NCBI GenBank assembly: GCA_002309695.1
Contig: DBXV01000016.1
Span: 180,625 to 244,624 of the forward strand
DNA length: 64,000 nt
Direction: 5' to 3'
From: Myxococcales bacterium UBA1203
GTDB taxonomy: Bacteria; Myxococcota; Myxococcia; Myxococcales; UBA5297
Below, in pieces: positions 1 to 8,786 of this stretch. Made by a program: the position numbers and the translations under genes. The notes beneath the pieces are model-generated. The model worked only from the letters and a program-made list of their open reading frames with translations. It was not told where the DNA came from and searched no databases. Position 1 is the first letter of the stretch. Each line of letters starts with the position of its first letter.

Positions 1-847
1 GAATCTGGACATGTTTCTGGCCGTGGCCCGGGGCAGCCATGAGCCGCTGAGGCTGATTCACCTCTCGTGGACGCCCGAAGGGGATGATGCGAAAAAGCCG
101 CCCCTCGCGCTGGTGGGAAAGGCCATCACTTTTGACGCGGGCGGCCTGTCTCTGAAGCCCAGTGCGGGCATGCTCTGGATGAAGACCGACATGGCGGGTG
201 CCGCGGCGGTGCTGGGGGCCATGAAGGCCATCGCCCGCATGAAGCCGCCGTTCCCCGTCCACGCGTGGATGGGCGCCTGCGAGAACATGCCCGGCGGCAA
301 TGCCTATCGTCTGGGCGATGTTCTGCGCTCTCACTGCGGCAAGACGGTCGAGGTTCATGACACGGACGCGGAGGGGCGTCTGGTTCTGGGCGACATGCTG
401 GCGCTCGCCAGTGACGCGAAGCCCGCGGCCGTCATTGACCTGGCGACGCTCACCGGCGCGGTGGCCGTGGCGCTGGGGCTCTACAACACGGGGCTGTTTG
501 CCTCGGACGATGACCTGTGCCGCGACCTGATGGATGCGTCGGAGCGGGCAGGGGAGTCCTTCTGGCGCTTGCCTCTCGATGAGCGGCTTCGGCCTGATTT
601 GGACTCGCCCGTGGCGGACATGAAGAACCTGGGCGACCGCTACGGCGGCTCCATCACGGCGGCGCTGTTTCTCAGGGAGTTTGTGACTCCCGGCATTCCC
701 TGGGCGCATCTGGACATCGCGGGGACTGCCCGCAGCAAGACGGCGCGCGGCTATCTCGACGTGGGCGCTTCCGGCGCGGGCGTGCGGACGCTGGTCGAAT
801 ACGTGCGGATGCTCTCGGACCGTCACCAGACGGCGGGCGCGTCCTGA
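1..847 (+). CDS. pepA: Leucyl aminopeptidase (M17), 5'-truncated by the window edge
   Basis: M17 motifs VGKAITFDAGGLSLK, MKTDMAGAA, TDAEGRLVL, DLATLTGA, WAHLDIAG. Confidence 0.95.
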   Translation, partial: NLDMFLAVARGSHEPLRLIHLSWTPEGDDAKKPPLALVGKAITFDAGGLSLKPSAGMLWMKTDMAGAAAVLGAMKAIARMKPPFPVHAWMGACENMPGGNAYRLGDVLRSHCGKTVEVHDTDAEGRLVLGDMLALASDAKPAAVIDLATLTGAVAVALGLYNTGLFASDDDLCRDLMDASERAGESFWRLPLDERLRPDLDSPVADMKNLGDRYGGSITAALFLREFVTPGIPWAHLDIAGTARSKTARGYLDVGASGAGVRTLVEYVRMLSDRHQTAGAS

Positions 848-873
848 ATGTTCGCAGGGAAGGCTCGCAAAAA

Positions 874-1926
874 ATGACCACGGCAGATGACGCGGGGCAC
901 GGGACGCCCTCTCCCGTAGATGAAGCATTGGCGGCGCTTGTGTCCGGCCGAAAGAGCCCGCGGGCGGACGCTCGGAGCCGCCTGCTGACCATGGCTGAAG
1001 AGGGCTCTGTCTGGCGCGAGGCGCTGGACGGCAGGCTGAATGATCTGGCGGCGTCGAAGGACGCTTTTGCGCGCGGCACCGCGTGGCTCGCTCTGGCGTC
1101 CCTTCGCGGTGAGAAGGCCCTGCCCATCCTTGAGAAGCATCTCGACGAGACTGAGGCGGACGCGCGCCTCGATCTGCTGCACGCCTTTGCCTGGTCGGGC
1201 CCACAGGGGCTTCCCTTTGTCGTCCGCTTTCTGAAGGACAGCGTTTTCGAGATTCGCTTCGCCGCTGCCGCCCGTCTTCTTGAAGAGGATGAAGGCCCGA
1301 GTGAGGCCAATGTCCGGGATGCCTGCTTTGAGGTGCTGCGCGAGGGACTTCTGTTCGACGACACGCGCTACGAGGCACTGACGGGGCTGCATCGCCTAGG
1401 CGACGCGAGGGCACTCCCGCCCGCGCGGGACATCTTCGGCCGGTTTTTCATTTCGGAATTTGAGCGCGTGGCTGCGGCGGGCCTGCTGGCGAAACTGGGC
1501 GATGCCTCGGGTGCGGCGTTTTTGACGGACAAGGCCTCACAGCGCCGGGGCATGGAGCGGGGGCTCGCCATCGAGCTCTTGGGCGAGCTGGGCATCCGCG
1601 AGGCTGTTCCCGCTCTGCGGCGCGCGGCGTCATCCGCCAAAGACCCTTTCCGGGGCGCGGCGGCGCGCAATCTTGGCCTGCTGGCAGGCGAGGGCGCTTT
1701 GGAGACTCTCGCGGCCATTCTGCAGTCGGCCGACGGGACGGCGGATGACGAAGTGAAGGCCGATGCCGCGGAAGGTCTTTTTCTTCTGGGAACGCCGGAG
1801 GCTGAACAGGTTCTGCGTCAGGCCCTGAAAGCGCTGCCTGCCGAGGGACATTCCGAGCTGCGCTCCGAGCTGGAGAAGTCAGTGCGGATGCTGGCTGAGC
1901 CAGACGGAAAGGCCGTTTCTCCATGA
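874..1926 (+). CDS. HEAT-repeat protein
   Basis: Repeated amphipathic helical units (RFAAAARLL, RYEALTGLHRLGD, RGLAIELLGELG, KADAAEGLFLLG); overlaps the tatD start. Confidence 0.75.
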   Translation: MTTADDAGHGTPSPVDEALAALVSGRKSPRADARSRLLTMAEEGSVWREALDGRLNDLAASKDAFARGTAWLALASLRGEKALPILEKHLDETEADARLDLLHAFAWSGPQGLPFVVRFLKDSVFEIRFAAAARLLEEDEGPSEANVRDACFEVLREGLLFDDTRYEALTGLHRLGDARALPPARDIFGRFFISEFERVAAAGLLAKLGDASGAAFLTDKASQRRGMERGLAIELLGELGIREAVPALRRAASSAKDPFRGAAARNLGLLAGEGALETLAAILQSADGTADDEVKADAAEGLFLLGTPEAEQVLRQALKALPAEGHSELRSELEKSVRMLAEPDGKAVSP

Positions 1927-2774
1927 CGGACCTTTCGCAAAACAGCGCGGCCCTGGCGTCTGCCGGTGTCGTGGATGCCCACTGCCATCTGGATGATTTC
2001 TGGGAGGAAGGACCAGCGGCGCTGGACGCAGTGGTTCAAAGGGCGAAGGCCGCGGGCGTGGCGCATCTCGTCGTCAATGGACTCTGGCAGGGCCGTCCCG
2101 GCGATTTTGGCTGCGCGGCGTCTCTGGCCCGGCGTGATCCGTCCTTTTTTTCCGCCTCCGCGGCCATTTCTCCGCATGACGCGGCCAAAGCCTGCGCCGG
2201 CGATTTTCAGCGCGCTTCTGAGCTGGCGCGCTCTCCCTTCGTCTGCGCGATTGGCGAGACAGGACTCGAATATCACTACGATGTCGGCCCCCATGACGTG
2301 CAGATGGATGCCTTCCGCTGGCACATCCGGCTGGCGCTTGAGGTGAACAAGCCTCTCATCCTCCACATTCGCGATGCCCACGCCGACGCGCTGCGGATTT
2401 TTCGCGAGGAGGGCGCGGTTGGACACCCTGTGCAGGTTCACTGCTTCAGCGGCACGCCGGACGAGGCGCGCGCCTGGCTCGACCTGGGAGCGCACCTGTC
2501 ATTTTCCGGGATGCTGACGTTTCGGAAGAACGATGACCTGCGCGAGGCGGCACGCCTGGCTCCTTCTGACAGGCTCTTTGTGGAGACGGACAGCCCATAC
2601 CTCGCGCCCGTTCCTCATCGGGGAAAGGTCTGCGAGCCGGCGTTTGTCATCGAGACGCTGAAAGTGCTGGCCAGTGTGCGCGGGATGCGTCTCGAAGATG
2701 CCGCGCGGGCCACGTCGATGAACGCGGCCGCCTTTTTTGGCTTTGCGCTGCCGGCGAAAGGGGATGCCCTGTGA
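1923..2774 (+). CDS. tatD: TatD family DNase/hydrolase
   Basis: DAHCHLD, AIGETGLEY, LHIRDAH, VHCFSG, VETDSPYLAP. Confidence 0.93.
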   Translation: MTDLSQNSAALASAGVVDAHCHLDDFWEEGPAALDAVVQRAKAAGVAHLVVNGLWQGRPGDFGCAASLARRDPSFFSASAAISPHDAAKACAGDFQRASELARSPFVCAIGETGLEYHYDVGPHDVQMDAFRWHIRLALEVNKPLILHIRDAHADALRIFREEGAVGHPVQVHCFSGTPDEARAWLDLGAHLSFSGMLTFRKNDDLREAARLAPSDRLFVETDSPYLAPVPHRGKVCEPAFVIETLKVLASVRGMRLEDAARATSMNAAAFFGFALPAKGDAL

Positions 2775-3334
2775 ACATGAGATGGACGCTCAGCGCGGCA
2801 GCAGTCTGCCTTTGTCTGGGGGCCTGCACGGGCCCGTCGTCATCCTCATCCGCAGGTTCGATGGGCGCGGAAGTGAAGCCGCCGCGTGACGCCGGACAGC
2901 TGAAGGACAGTCAGCAGGCGCGGGACGCACTCAATCCGCCTCTGTCTCAGCGCGGCCTCGTCCGGCTGCGCACGCAGAACGGCCGCGTTCTGGAACTCAA
3001 TGTGGAAATTGCCTCCAACGATGAGGACCGGGCGAGAGGGCTCATGTTTCGGCGCAGCCTCGATGAGATGGCCGGCATGGTCTTCGTTTTTGCGCAGGAG
3101 CAGCAGCTCAGCTTCTGGATGGAGAACACTCTGATTCCGCTGGACATGATTTTTGTCCGTTCGGACGGGACCATTCTGGGCATCGTGGAAGAGGCTGAGC
3201 CGATGACCCGCACGTCGCGCCGCGTTGAGGGCGCCTCGCGCTTCGTTCTCGAAGTCAAAGGCGGCTTCTCAGCGCGGCACGGCATTTCTCCCGGCGACAC
3301 CATGGAGCTGGTGGGCATGTACCAGCTGGAATAG
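2771..3334 (+). CDS. DUF192 family lipoprotein
   Basis: Lipobox LGAC; RARGLMFR, GMVFVF, FWMENTLIPLDMIF, VLEVKGG. Confidence 0.9.
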   Translation: MNMRWTLSAAAVCLCLGACTGPSSSSSAGSMGAEVKPPRDAGQLKDSQQARDALNPPLSQRGLVRLRTQNGRVLELNVEIASNDEDRARGLMFRRSLDEMAGMVFVFAQEQQLSFWMENTLIPLDMIFVRSDGTILGIVEEAEPMTRTSRRVEGASRFVLEVKGGFSARHGISPGDTMELVGMYQLE

Positions 3335-3349
3335 CGGCGCAGTCCTGAC

Positions 3350-4636
3350 TCAGCCGGCATCCGCGGGAGGCTTTTCCGCCGTCAGCAGCGCCATCTGCCG
3401 CGCCAGTGCTTCCTCCCAGAATCTGAAAGGCGCCGGTTCAGCGGGCGCGGGTTCTGCCGATTCAAAAAGTCCCAGCTGTTTCGGGGCGAAGTCCGCTTCT
3501 TTTGCCCATGCGTCAGCCGCCTTTCCCAGAGCGGCGCGGTCCATGAGGGCGAGACAGCGGGCGAGCGTCTTGGCCTGCGGCGGAATGATGCGGGTGAAAT
3601 CGACCTGCTCCAGATAGTCATCTAGGCTGAACCGGTCGTTCTCCGCGCGCTTGAGCGAATAGTCGTAGAGCGCGTCCAGCGCTGTCTGAACGTCGCGCAG
3701 AAGGCCCAGTCCATTGCCCCGGGACTCCACGCGAATCAGGCAGGGCACGATGCGCTCAATTTTGCGGCGAAGGTCCGGTGACATGGCACGCAGCCGCTCC
3801 GGCGTTTCTGCGGCGCGCGCCGCGAAAGTCAGCTCCAGCCGCTCCTTGCCCGCGCGGCTCAGGGCATTTCCACGCAGCCATTCATCCCTGTTCGCGTCCG
3901 AAAGAATGCCGTCCGCCGTCAGCAGGCGAATGAAAGTCCGCGCCTTGCAGTCCAGCGCCTCGCGCAGGGTCATCCGCGTGGTCAGCCGCCCTATTTGCAC
4001 AATGGACCGAAGGGAAAGTGCTCGGGCGAGAGAAGCGGCCTGACAGCAGACGTCCTGTTCCAGCAAAGTGCTGCTCCGAGAAAAGGCGTCATGCTTTTCC
4101 CCTTTGGCGGCTGTCGTCGTCACCTGCGGCATTCGCGTCATCTGGGGAAGCTGAGCGGAAAAGACCCGGACGAGCACCGGGGCGCGCATGCGGTCAATCT
4201 GTTCGGCCGGAATGCCGAAGGAAGGCGCCGCAGCGCGCAGCCTGCTGTGATAGGCGTCTGCTGTTCCGGAGCGATAGGCCAGCTGAAGCCCCATGATGCG
4301 CGCGCAGCCGTGCCAGACGATGTGGCTCGGCTGCCCGCTGTCCGTCCAAAGGCGCAGAATCACTGGAATGCCCGCGGGACGGCTCTCGGGACTGTGGGCG
4401 TCATTTGGCGGCGCTTCCAGAAGGAGGTCAGGATTTGGCGCCTCGGCAATGGCCTGGACGAGCTTCTGCAGGTCTTCCGAAGAGCCGTAGTCCTTTTCAG
4501 CTGCACCTTCGGGAAACGCCGGATTGGGCGCCCAGCTGCCGGGCAGATGCGGGGTCTGAATGTCCTCTGCCTCCAGCAGCGCATGAACTGCCGCGTTTCG
4601 GCCGCCGTCTGCGGCATCGTCTGCTGTTTTGTTCAT
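3350..4636 (-). CDS. Hypothetical protein (~428 aa)
   Basis: 3' part of the 819-aa ORF that does not overlap queA; ATG at 4636 (MNKTADD); fills the gap between DUF192 and queA; no recognised motif. Confidence 0.6.
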   Translation of the reverse strand: MNKTADDAADGGRNAAVHALLEAEDIQTPHLPGSWAPNPAFPEGAAEKDYGSSEDLQKLVQAIAEAPNPDLLLEAPPNDAHSPESRPAGIPVILRLWTDSGQPSHIVWHGCARIMGLQLAYRSGTADAYHSRLRAAAPSFGIPAEQIDRMRAPVLVRVFSAQLPQMTRMPQVTTTAAKGEKHDAFSRSSTLLEQDVCCQAASLARALSLRSIVQIGRLTTRMTLREALDCKARTFIRLLTADGILSDANRDEWLRGNALSRAGKERLELTFAARAAETPERLRAMSPDLRRKIERIVPCLIRVESRGNGLGLLRDVQTALDALYDYSLKRAENDRFSLDDYLEQVDFTRIIPPQAKTLARCLALMDRAALGKAADAWAKEADFAPKQLGLFESAEPAPAEPAPFRFWEEALARQMALLTAEKPPADAG

Positions 4637-4715
4637 ACAAAAACACTTAGCGAGTCCGGATTTTGAAGGCCACAGGGAACGATGCGCCGGGCAGTTCTGC
4701 CTTCGGGGAATGACA

Positions 4716-4744
4716 TTGCTTTTCCCCAGGTGCCTCCCTAAGGG
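4716..4744 (+). promoter_or_regulatory. Putative sigma-70 promoter of queA (TTGCTT-N17-TAAGGG), near-leaderless
   Basis: 17-nt spacing; -10 ends 9 nt before the ATG; no SD sequence. Confidence 0.45.
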
Positions 4745-4753
4745 CGCGCCGCC

Positions 4754-5788
4754 ATGAAAGTCAGCGACTTCGACTACGCTCTCCCGGAAGAGCTCATCGC
4801 TCAGGAGCCCCTTGCCCAACGGGATGCTTCGCGCCTGCTCACCCTCGACAAAAAAAACGGCGCTCTGGAACACCGCGTGTTCAGCGAGATCCCGACCCTG
4901 CTTCATCCCGGCGACCTTCTGGTGCTGAATGATGCTCGGGTCATTCCGGCGCGCCTTCGGGGACGCAAGACCGCCACGGGCGGCAAGGTGGAGATGCTGC
5001 TGACGCTGCCCCTGGGAAAGGCGGATGCCTGCGAGTGGCGCTGTCTGGGCAAGGCATCCAAAGCCATTCCGCCGGGCTGCAGGCTCGATTTTGACGGCCT
5101 TGAGGCCACGGTCATGCAGTCGCTGGGCGAGGGAATTTACGACGTGCGCTTCGAGACGGCGCCCGACAGTTTTGCCAGCGAAATCAATCGGGTCGGTTCG
5201 CTCCCGCTGCCGCCCTATATCCGCCGCGCCCCTGAGCCTCGCGATTTGGAGCGCTATCAGACCGTGTTCGCCCGCCGTCCCGGTGCCGTCGCCGCACCCA
5301 CTGCCGGACTGCATTTTACGGAGGCGCTTTTGGCGGAATGCAGGTCCCGGGGCGTGGAGATTGCGAAGGTGACGCTCTACGTCGGCGCCGGGACTTTTCT
5401 GCCGGTCCGAGTGGAGGACGTCGAGAAGCACGTCATGCACGCGGAGCGCTTTGAGGTCTCTCAGGACGTGGCGGACGCGGTGGCGCGGACCAAGAGGGCG
5501 GGACACAGGGTCGTTTCCGTCGGAACGACAGCGGCGCGGGCCTTGGAGACGGCGGCAGCGGATGGTGCCCTGAAAGCGATGACGGGGCTTTCTCAGCTCT
5601 TCATCTATCCGGGCTACCAATTCCGCGTGGTGGACGCCCTCATCACCAATTTCCACTTGCCGCGCTCGACGCTTCTCATGCTGGTGAGCGCCCTGGCCGG
5701 CTGGGAACACATTCGGCGGGCCTATGAGACGGCGGTTCAGGAGCGCTACCGATTTTTCTCGTATGGCGACGCCATGTTCATTTCCTAG
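4754..5788 (+). CDS. queA: S-adenosylmethionine:tRNA ribosyltransferase-isomerase
   Basis: FDYALPEELIAQEP, PLPPYI, YQTVFA, GAVAAPTAGLHFT, LITNFHLPRSTL, YRFFSYGDAM. Confidence 0.97.
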   Translation: MKVSDFDYALPEELIAQEPLAQRDASRLLTLDKKNGALEHRVFSEIPTLLHPGDLLVLNDARVIPARLRGRKTATGGKVEMLLTLPLGKADACEWRCLGKASKAIPPGCRLDFDGLEATVMQSLGEGIYDVRFETAPDSFASEINRVGSLPLPPYIRRAPEPRDLERYQTVFARRPGAVAAPTAGLHFTEALLAECRSRGVEIAKVTLYVGAGTFLPVRVEDVEKHVMHAERFEVSQDVADAVARTKRAGHRVVSVGTTAARALETAAADGALKAMTGLSQLFIYPGYQFRVVDALITNFHLPRSTLLMLVSALAGWEHIRRAYETAVQERYRFFSYGDAMFIS

Positions 5789-5876
5789 CGCCGACGATTC
5801 CAAACGCACTCATCCGCTGATTTCCGACGCGCGCAAAAGCGTCCTTAAAGCGCGGCGCCCCTTTCCCCTTCAAAGT

Positions 5877-5912
5877 CAAAAGCCCTGTCGGTCGCTGCCG
5901 GCAGGGCTTTTG
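5877..5912. terminator. Bidirectional intrinsic terminator
   Basis: AAAAGCCCTGTCGG...CCGGCAGGGCTTTT hairpin between convergent genes. Confidence 0.6.
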
Positions 5913-5944
5913 TTTTGGAGCTTCGTTGATGACGCTGTTTTCTG

Positions 5945-5990
5945 TGTTCCCCCGGCGGGAGTTGAACCCACGGCTTGCGGTAAAGGAACC
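5945..5990 (-). pseudogene. tRNA 3'-half remnant (resembles tRNA-Arg CCT)
   Basis: Minus strand GGTTCCTTTACCGCAAGCCGTGGGTTCAACTCCCGCCGGGGGAACA: intact T-arm and 3' acceptor strand, no D-arm or 5' acceptor strand. Confidence 0.5.
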
Positions 5991-6005
5991 CAATCCCTTC
6001 CCGGC

Positions 6006-7331
6006 TTACTGGAGCTCTCCCGCCTGACGAATCGCTTCCTCCGCCCTGCGATGCAGCTCATCTGCTTGGGAGCGCAGATACGCCTGATGCGCTTTCAGCG
6101 TCTGAATGGAGTCGCTCTCGGCCCAGTTGCCCAGGAAAGGCTTCGGCGCCGTTCCACCTGAAGACAGCGTGTCCATGTCGCTTCGTTCTGCAGCTGCCAT
6201 GGCACTCTGGCGATTGGATGTCCCGGAAGCGGGGGAGGGGACGGCGGCTGATCCGCCGGCATCAGGCGAAGCATTTTCAGCGGAAACCGGCACCGGACCA
6301 ATGCTGCTTTTGCCAATATCCGAGGCGGAGAAATTCGCCTGAGGTTCAATGGCCAGAGGCGCCGTCGCGCTTTTGTCTGCCACGGTAATATGGGCCGAAC
6401 GCGACAGAGAAATTCGCCGTTCACCCTCATCAAACAGCGCATCTTCTTCGACTAAAGCTGCCAAGCGCCGTTCCAGCTCCTGCTCATTACGAAGCTGCTC
6501 GATGTGTCTGGCGACAGCTTTTTCCTCGCGGCGAAGTTTGTCTTCACGGTCGAGAAGCATGTCCGCCATTTCCAAAAGGGCGTCCGGGTCTCCTGAAGAC
6601 TGATTGCTGATCGCAGGAATCGCCGCTTCATTGTTTTGATGGGCGAATTGTTCCGACAAAAGAACTTTTCGCTCCTGATAAAGCTGGCGAAGGGCGGGAA
6701 CCAGAACAGACCGAAGTTTGTGCCGGGGTGTCTTGTCCCAATTGGCGTACAAATGCCGAATTTCAGCATCCACACTCAAAGTCAGACGCCCGCGGGATTC
6801 CTGCACCTTTTCAGTCAGAGTTTGCTCTTCGACGACCTTGTGAGAGAGCTGTTCAGAAACTGACTGTGATTCCCGCAAAAGCTCGTCTGAAACCGCCCCC
6901 GTACGCGCTCCCAGTCGGCCGCCCATGATGGAATTTTTTTGCTGCTCAATCTGGGCATTGAGGCTGTCCAGACGTGCCGCCAAGCTGCGTCGTTCATTGG
7001 CGGCTGCCGAGAGCTGAGAGAGGAGATCTTTCAGATCGCTGCGCTGCTGGTCGAGGCTTATTCCCGCAGAGGTAATTTTTTTATTCGCGGGAGGCCGTGG
7101 AGCTTGGTCGAGCTCTGTTTGGCCGGCAGTCTGCCTTTCATCCAATTCATCCAGCGCAGAAAAAGCATCACGCGCATGCCCTGAAATTTTAGAAGTCGTG
7201 TCACGAGGGCCAATGCGGCGTGAATGACGTCCTGCGGAAGAGCCTCCTTCGGCGGCATCTGCCCGTGTCGCGACAACGGGAAGGAGCAAAGAACCTGCGA
7301 CAAGCGCGGCTATGAGCCGGAAGGATTGCAT
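6006..7331 (-). CDS. Secreted coiled-coil hypothetical protein
   Basis: Signal peptide MQSFRLIAALVAGSLLLPVVATRADA; long heptad-rich segments (DPDALLEMADMLLDREDKLRREE); start chosen at ATG 7331. Confidence 0.7.
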   Translation of the reverse strand: MQSFRLIAALVAGSLLLPVVATRADAAEGGSSAGRHSRRIGPRDTTSKISGHARDAFSALDELDERQTAGQTELDQAPRPPANKKITSAGISLDQQRSDLKDLLSQLSAAANERRSLAARLDSLNAQIEQQKNSIMGGRLGARTGAVSDELLRESQSVSEQLSHKVVEEQTLTEKVQESRGRLTLSVDAEIRHLYANWDKTPRHKLRSVLVPALRQLYQERKVLLSEQFAHQNNEAAIPAISNQSSGDPDALLEMADMLLDREDKLRREEKAVARHIEQLRNEQELERRLAALVEEDALFDEGERRISLSRSAHITVADKSATAPLAIEPQANFSASDIGKSSIGPVPVSAENASPDAGGSAAVPSPASGTSNRQSAMAAAERSDMDTLSSGGTAPKPFLGNWAESDSIQTLKAHQAYLRSQADELHRRAEEAIRQAGELQ

Positions 7332-7660
7332 GCGTTTTTTAATAAGCAAACAATATGCCTGAATCAATAGTTTTGATGTATAAATGAAAGGACCGTTGTA
7401 AATGGGGGAAACAAAATAAAAATTCAAAAAAATGAGAGAAAATCAGAGGAGGCGAGTGGGAAAAGAGACGGTTTTTCAAATTTTTTGCGGCCTAAAAAAC
7501 TCCCGTCCTCGAATACATCAGGAAATAGGGGGTGGGGGTGACAATCCATCCCTGATTCGCACAATGGAAATCAAGTGTATTTTGCCAGAGGTGTTATGCC
7601 TGCTAAGTAGTATGCTTGGGTTTATATGGTCAGCGCAATGATATTTAATAATTCAACAAT

Positions 7661-7698
7661 AAAAAAGCCCTGCCTCCTCGCGACGAGACAGGGCTTTT
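7661..7698 (-). terminator. Intrinsic terminator
   Basis: AAAAAAGCCCTG...CAGGGCTTTT hairpin downstream of the barrel gene. Confidence 0.65.
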
Positions 7699-7726
7699 AT
7701 AAATATGACCGCGTGAATTGAGGGGA

Positions 7727-8473
7727 TCAGAACCGGAAAGCGACGCCCAAGCGGGTTTCCCACTGGAACCACGCGCCGGAATCCAGATCGTCCTCGTCAT
7801 CGACGTTACGGGGGTCTTCGTTCCAATCGACGCCGTCGCCGAATTTGATGCCAGGGCCGAAGCGGATGTCAGCCATGACGCTGAGCCAGTCGAGAATTTT
7901 AAACTCGGCACCGCCATTCAGGAGAATGGGCATGGACACCCAAGGCGCCGCGTCGCTGAAATGATTGGAGCCGGCAAAAAGGATTTCAAAGGGAATGACA
8001 ATACCGGCATGCACCCGGAACCGCTCCACGATTTTGATGCCGGCCACTAAGCGCAGGTTCACGTTGATGCCGAAGATGGTCATGTCATTGTGGTAATTGT
8101 TCCAGAAGTAGAGATCCAGGCCGGGATCGATATTCAGAGCCAAGTCCCACTTTTCCTGATCCATCAGTTTGAATCGGATATTCGCGCCTAACTGGATGCC
8201 ATTGTCACCCCAGTCCATCATCCGATAGGTGTATTTGAAGTAGGCACCGGCATCGGCGGACGTACCCGTCTTGAAAAAGTTGACCTTGATGGCGTCGGGA
8301 TAGCCGGCCTCGATGCCGAGGAGCCAGGCAGAGCCGCCGCCGGCACCGCTCATCTGCCAAGTGTCGCCCTTCATGGACTGGTGCCAGTAATTTTCATCCG
8401 CCTGCGCGGGCAGAGCAAAGAGAAGCGCCGTCAGGGCGGCAAGCAACGCATATTTGAAAGAATTCAGAGTCAT
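7727..8473 (-). CDS. Small outer-membrane beta-barrel protein
   Basis: Signal peptide ending AQA; alternating aromatic/hydrophobic beta strands; C-terminal beta-signal RLGVAFRF. Confidence 0.75.
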   Translation of the reverse strand: MTLNSFKYALLAALTALLFALPAQADENYWHQSMKGDTWQMSGAGGGSAWLLGIEAGYPDAIKVNFFKTGTSADAGAYFKYTYRMMDWGDNGIQLGANIRFKLMDQEKWDLALNIDPGLDLYFWNNYHNDMTIFGINVNLRLVAGIKIVERFRVHAGIVIPFEILFAGSNHFSDAAPWVSMPILLNGGAEFKILDWLSVMADIRFGPGIKFGDGVDWNEDPRNVDDEDDLDSGAWFQWETRLGVAFRF

Positions 8474-8700
8474 TTCTGGGCATCTCCTGTTGCGGGGAAA
8501 ATGAGGAACGAGTGGGATGTTGGCTGAAATCACTTTTCAGGCAGCTATCCCAAAACCCCCAAAAAAGCGGCGCGCCCTTGGGACATAAGCGGCAGGGGAG
8601 TCAAGCGCGCCCAAAGGCATGTTTTGTTTCAAAGCGTAAATGAAAATGCGTCTTGGATGAGGCTGTTTCAGGACGCGTTTTTATTGTGTCTGAGGAGCAT

Positions 8701-8737
8701 AAAAAAACCGCGTCCCCTTTAGCGGAGACGCGGTTTT
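8701..8737 (-). terminator. Intrinsic terminator
   Basis: AAAAAAACCGCGTC...GACGCGGTTTT. Confidence 0.65.
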
Positions 8738-8786
8738 GTTTGAGAGGTTCAGGTCCCCCGCTTCTGCAGGGACCTGAATGCTGCCG

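Noticed and set aside
4637-5809. N-terminal 391 aa of the 819-aa minus-strand ORF
   Set aside because: Antisense shadow of queA; the plausible start is ATG 4636
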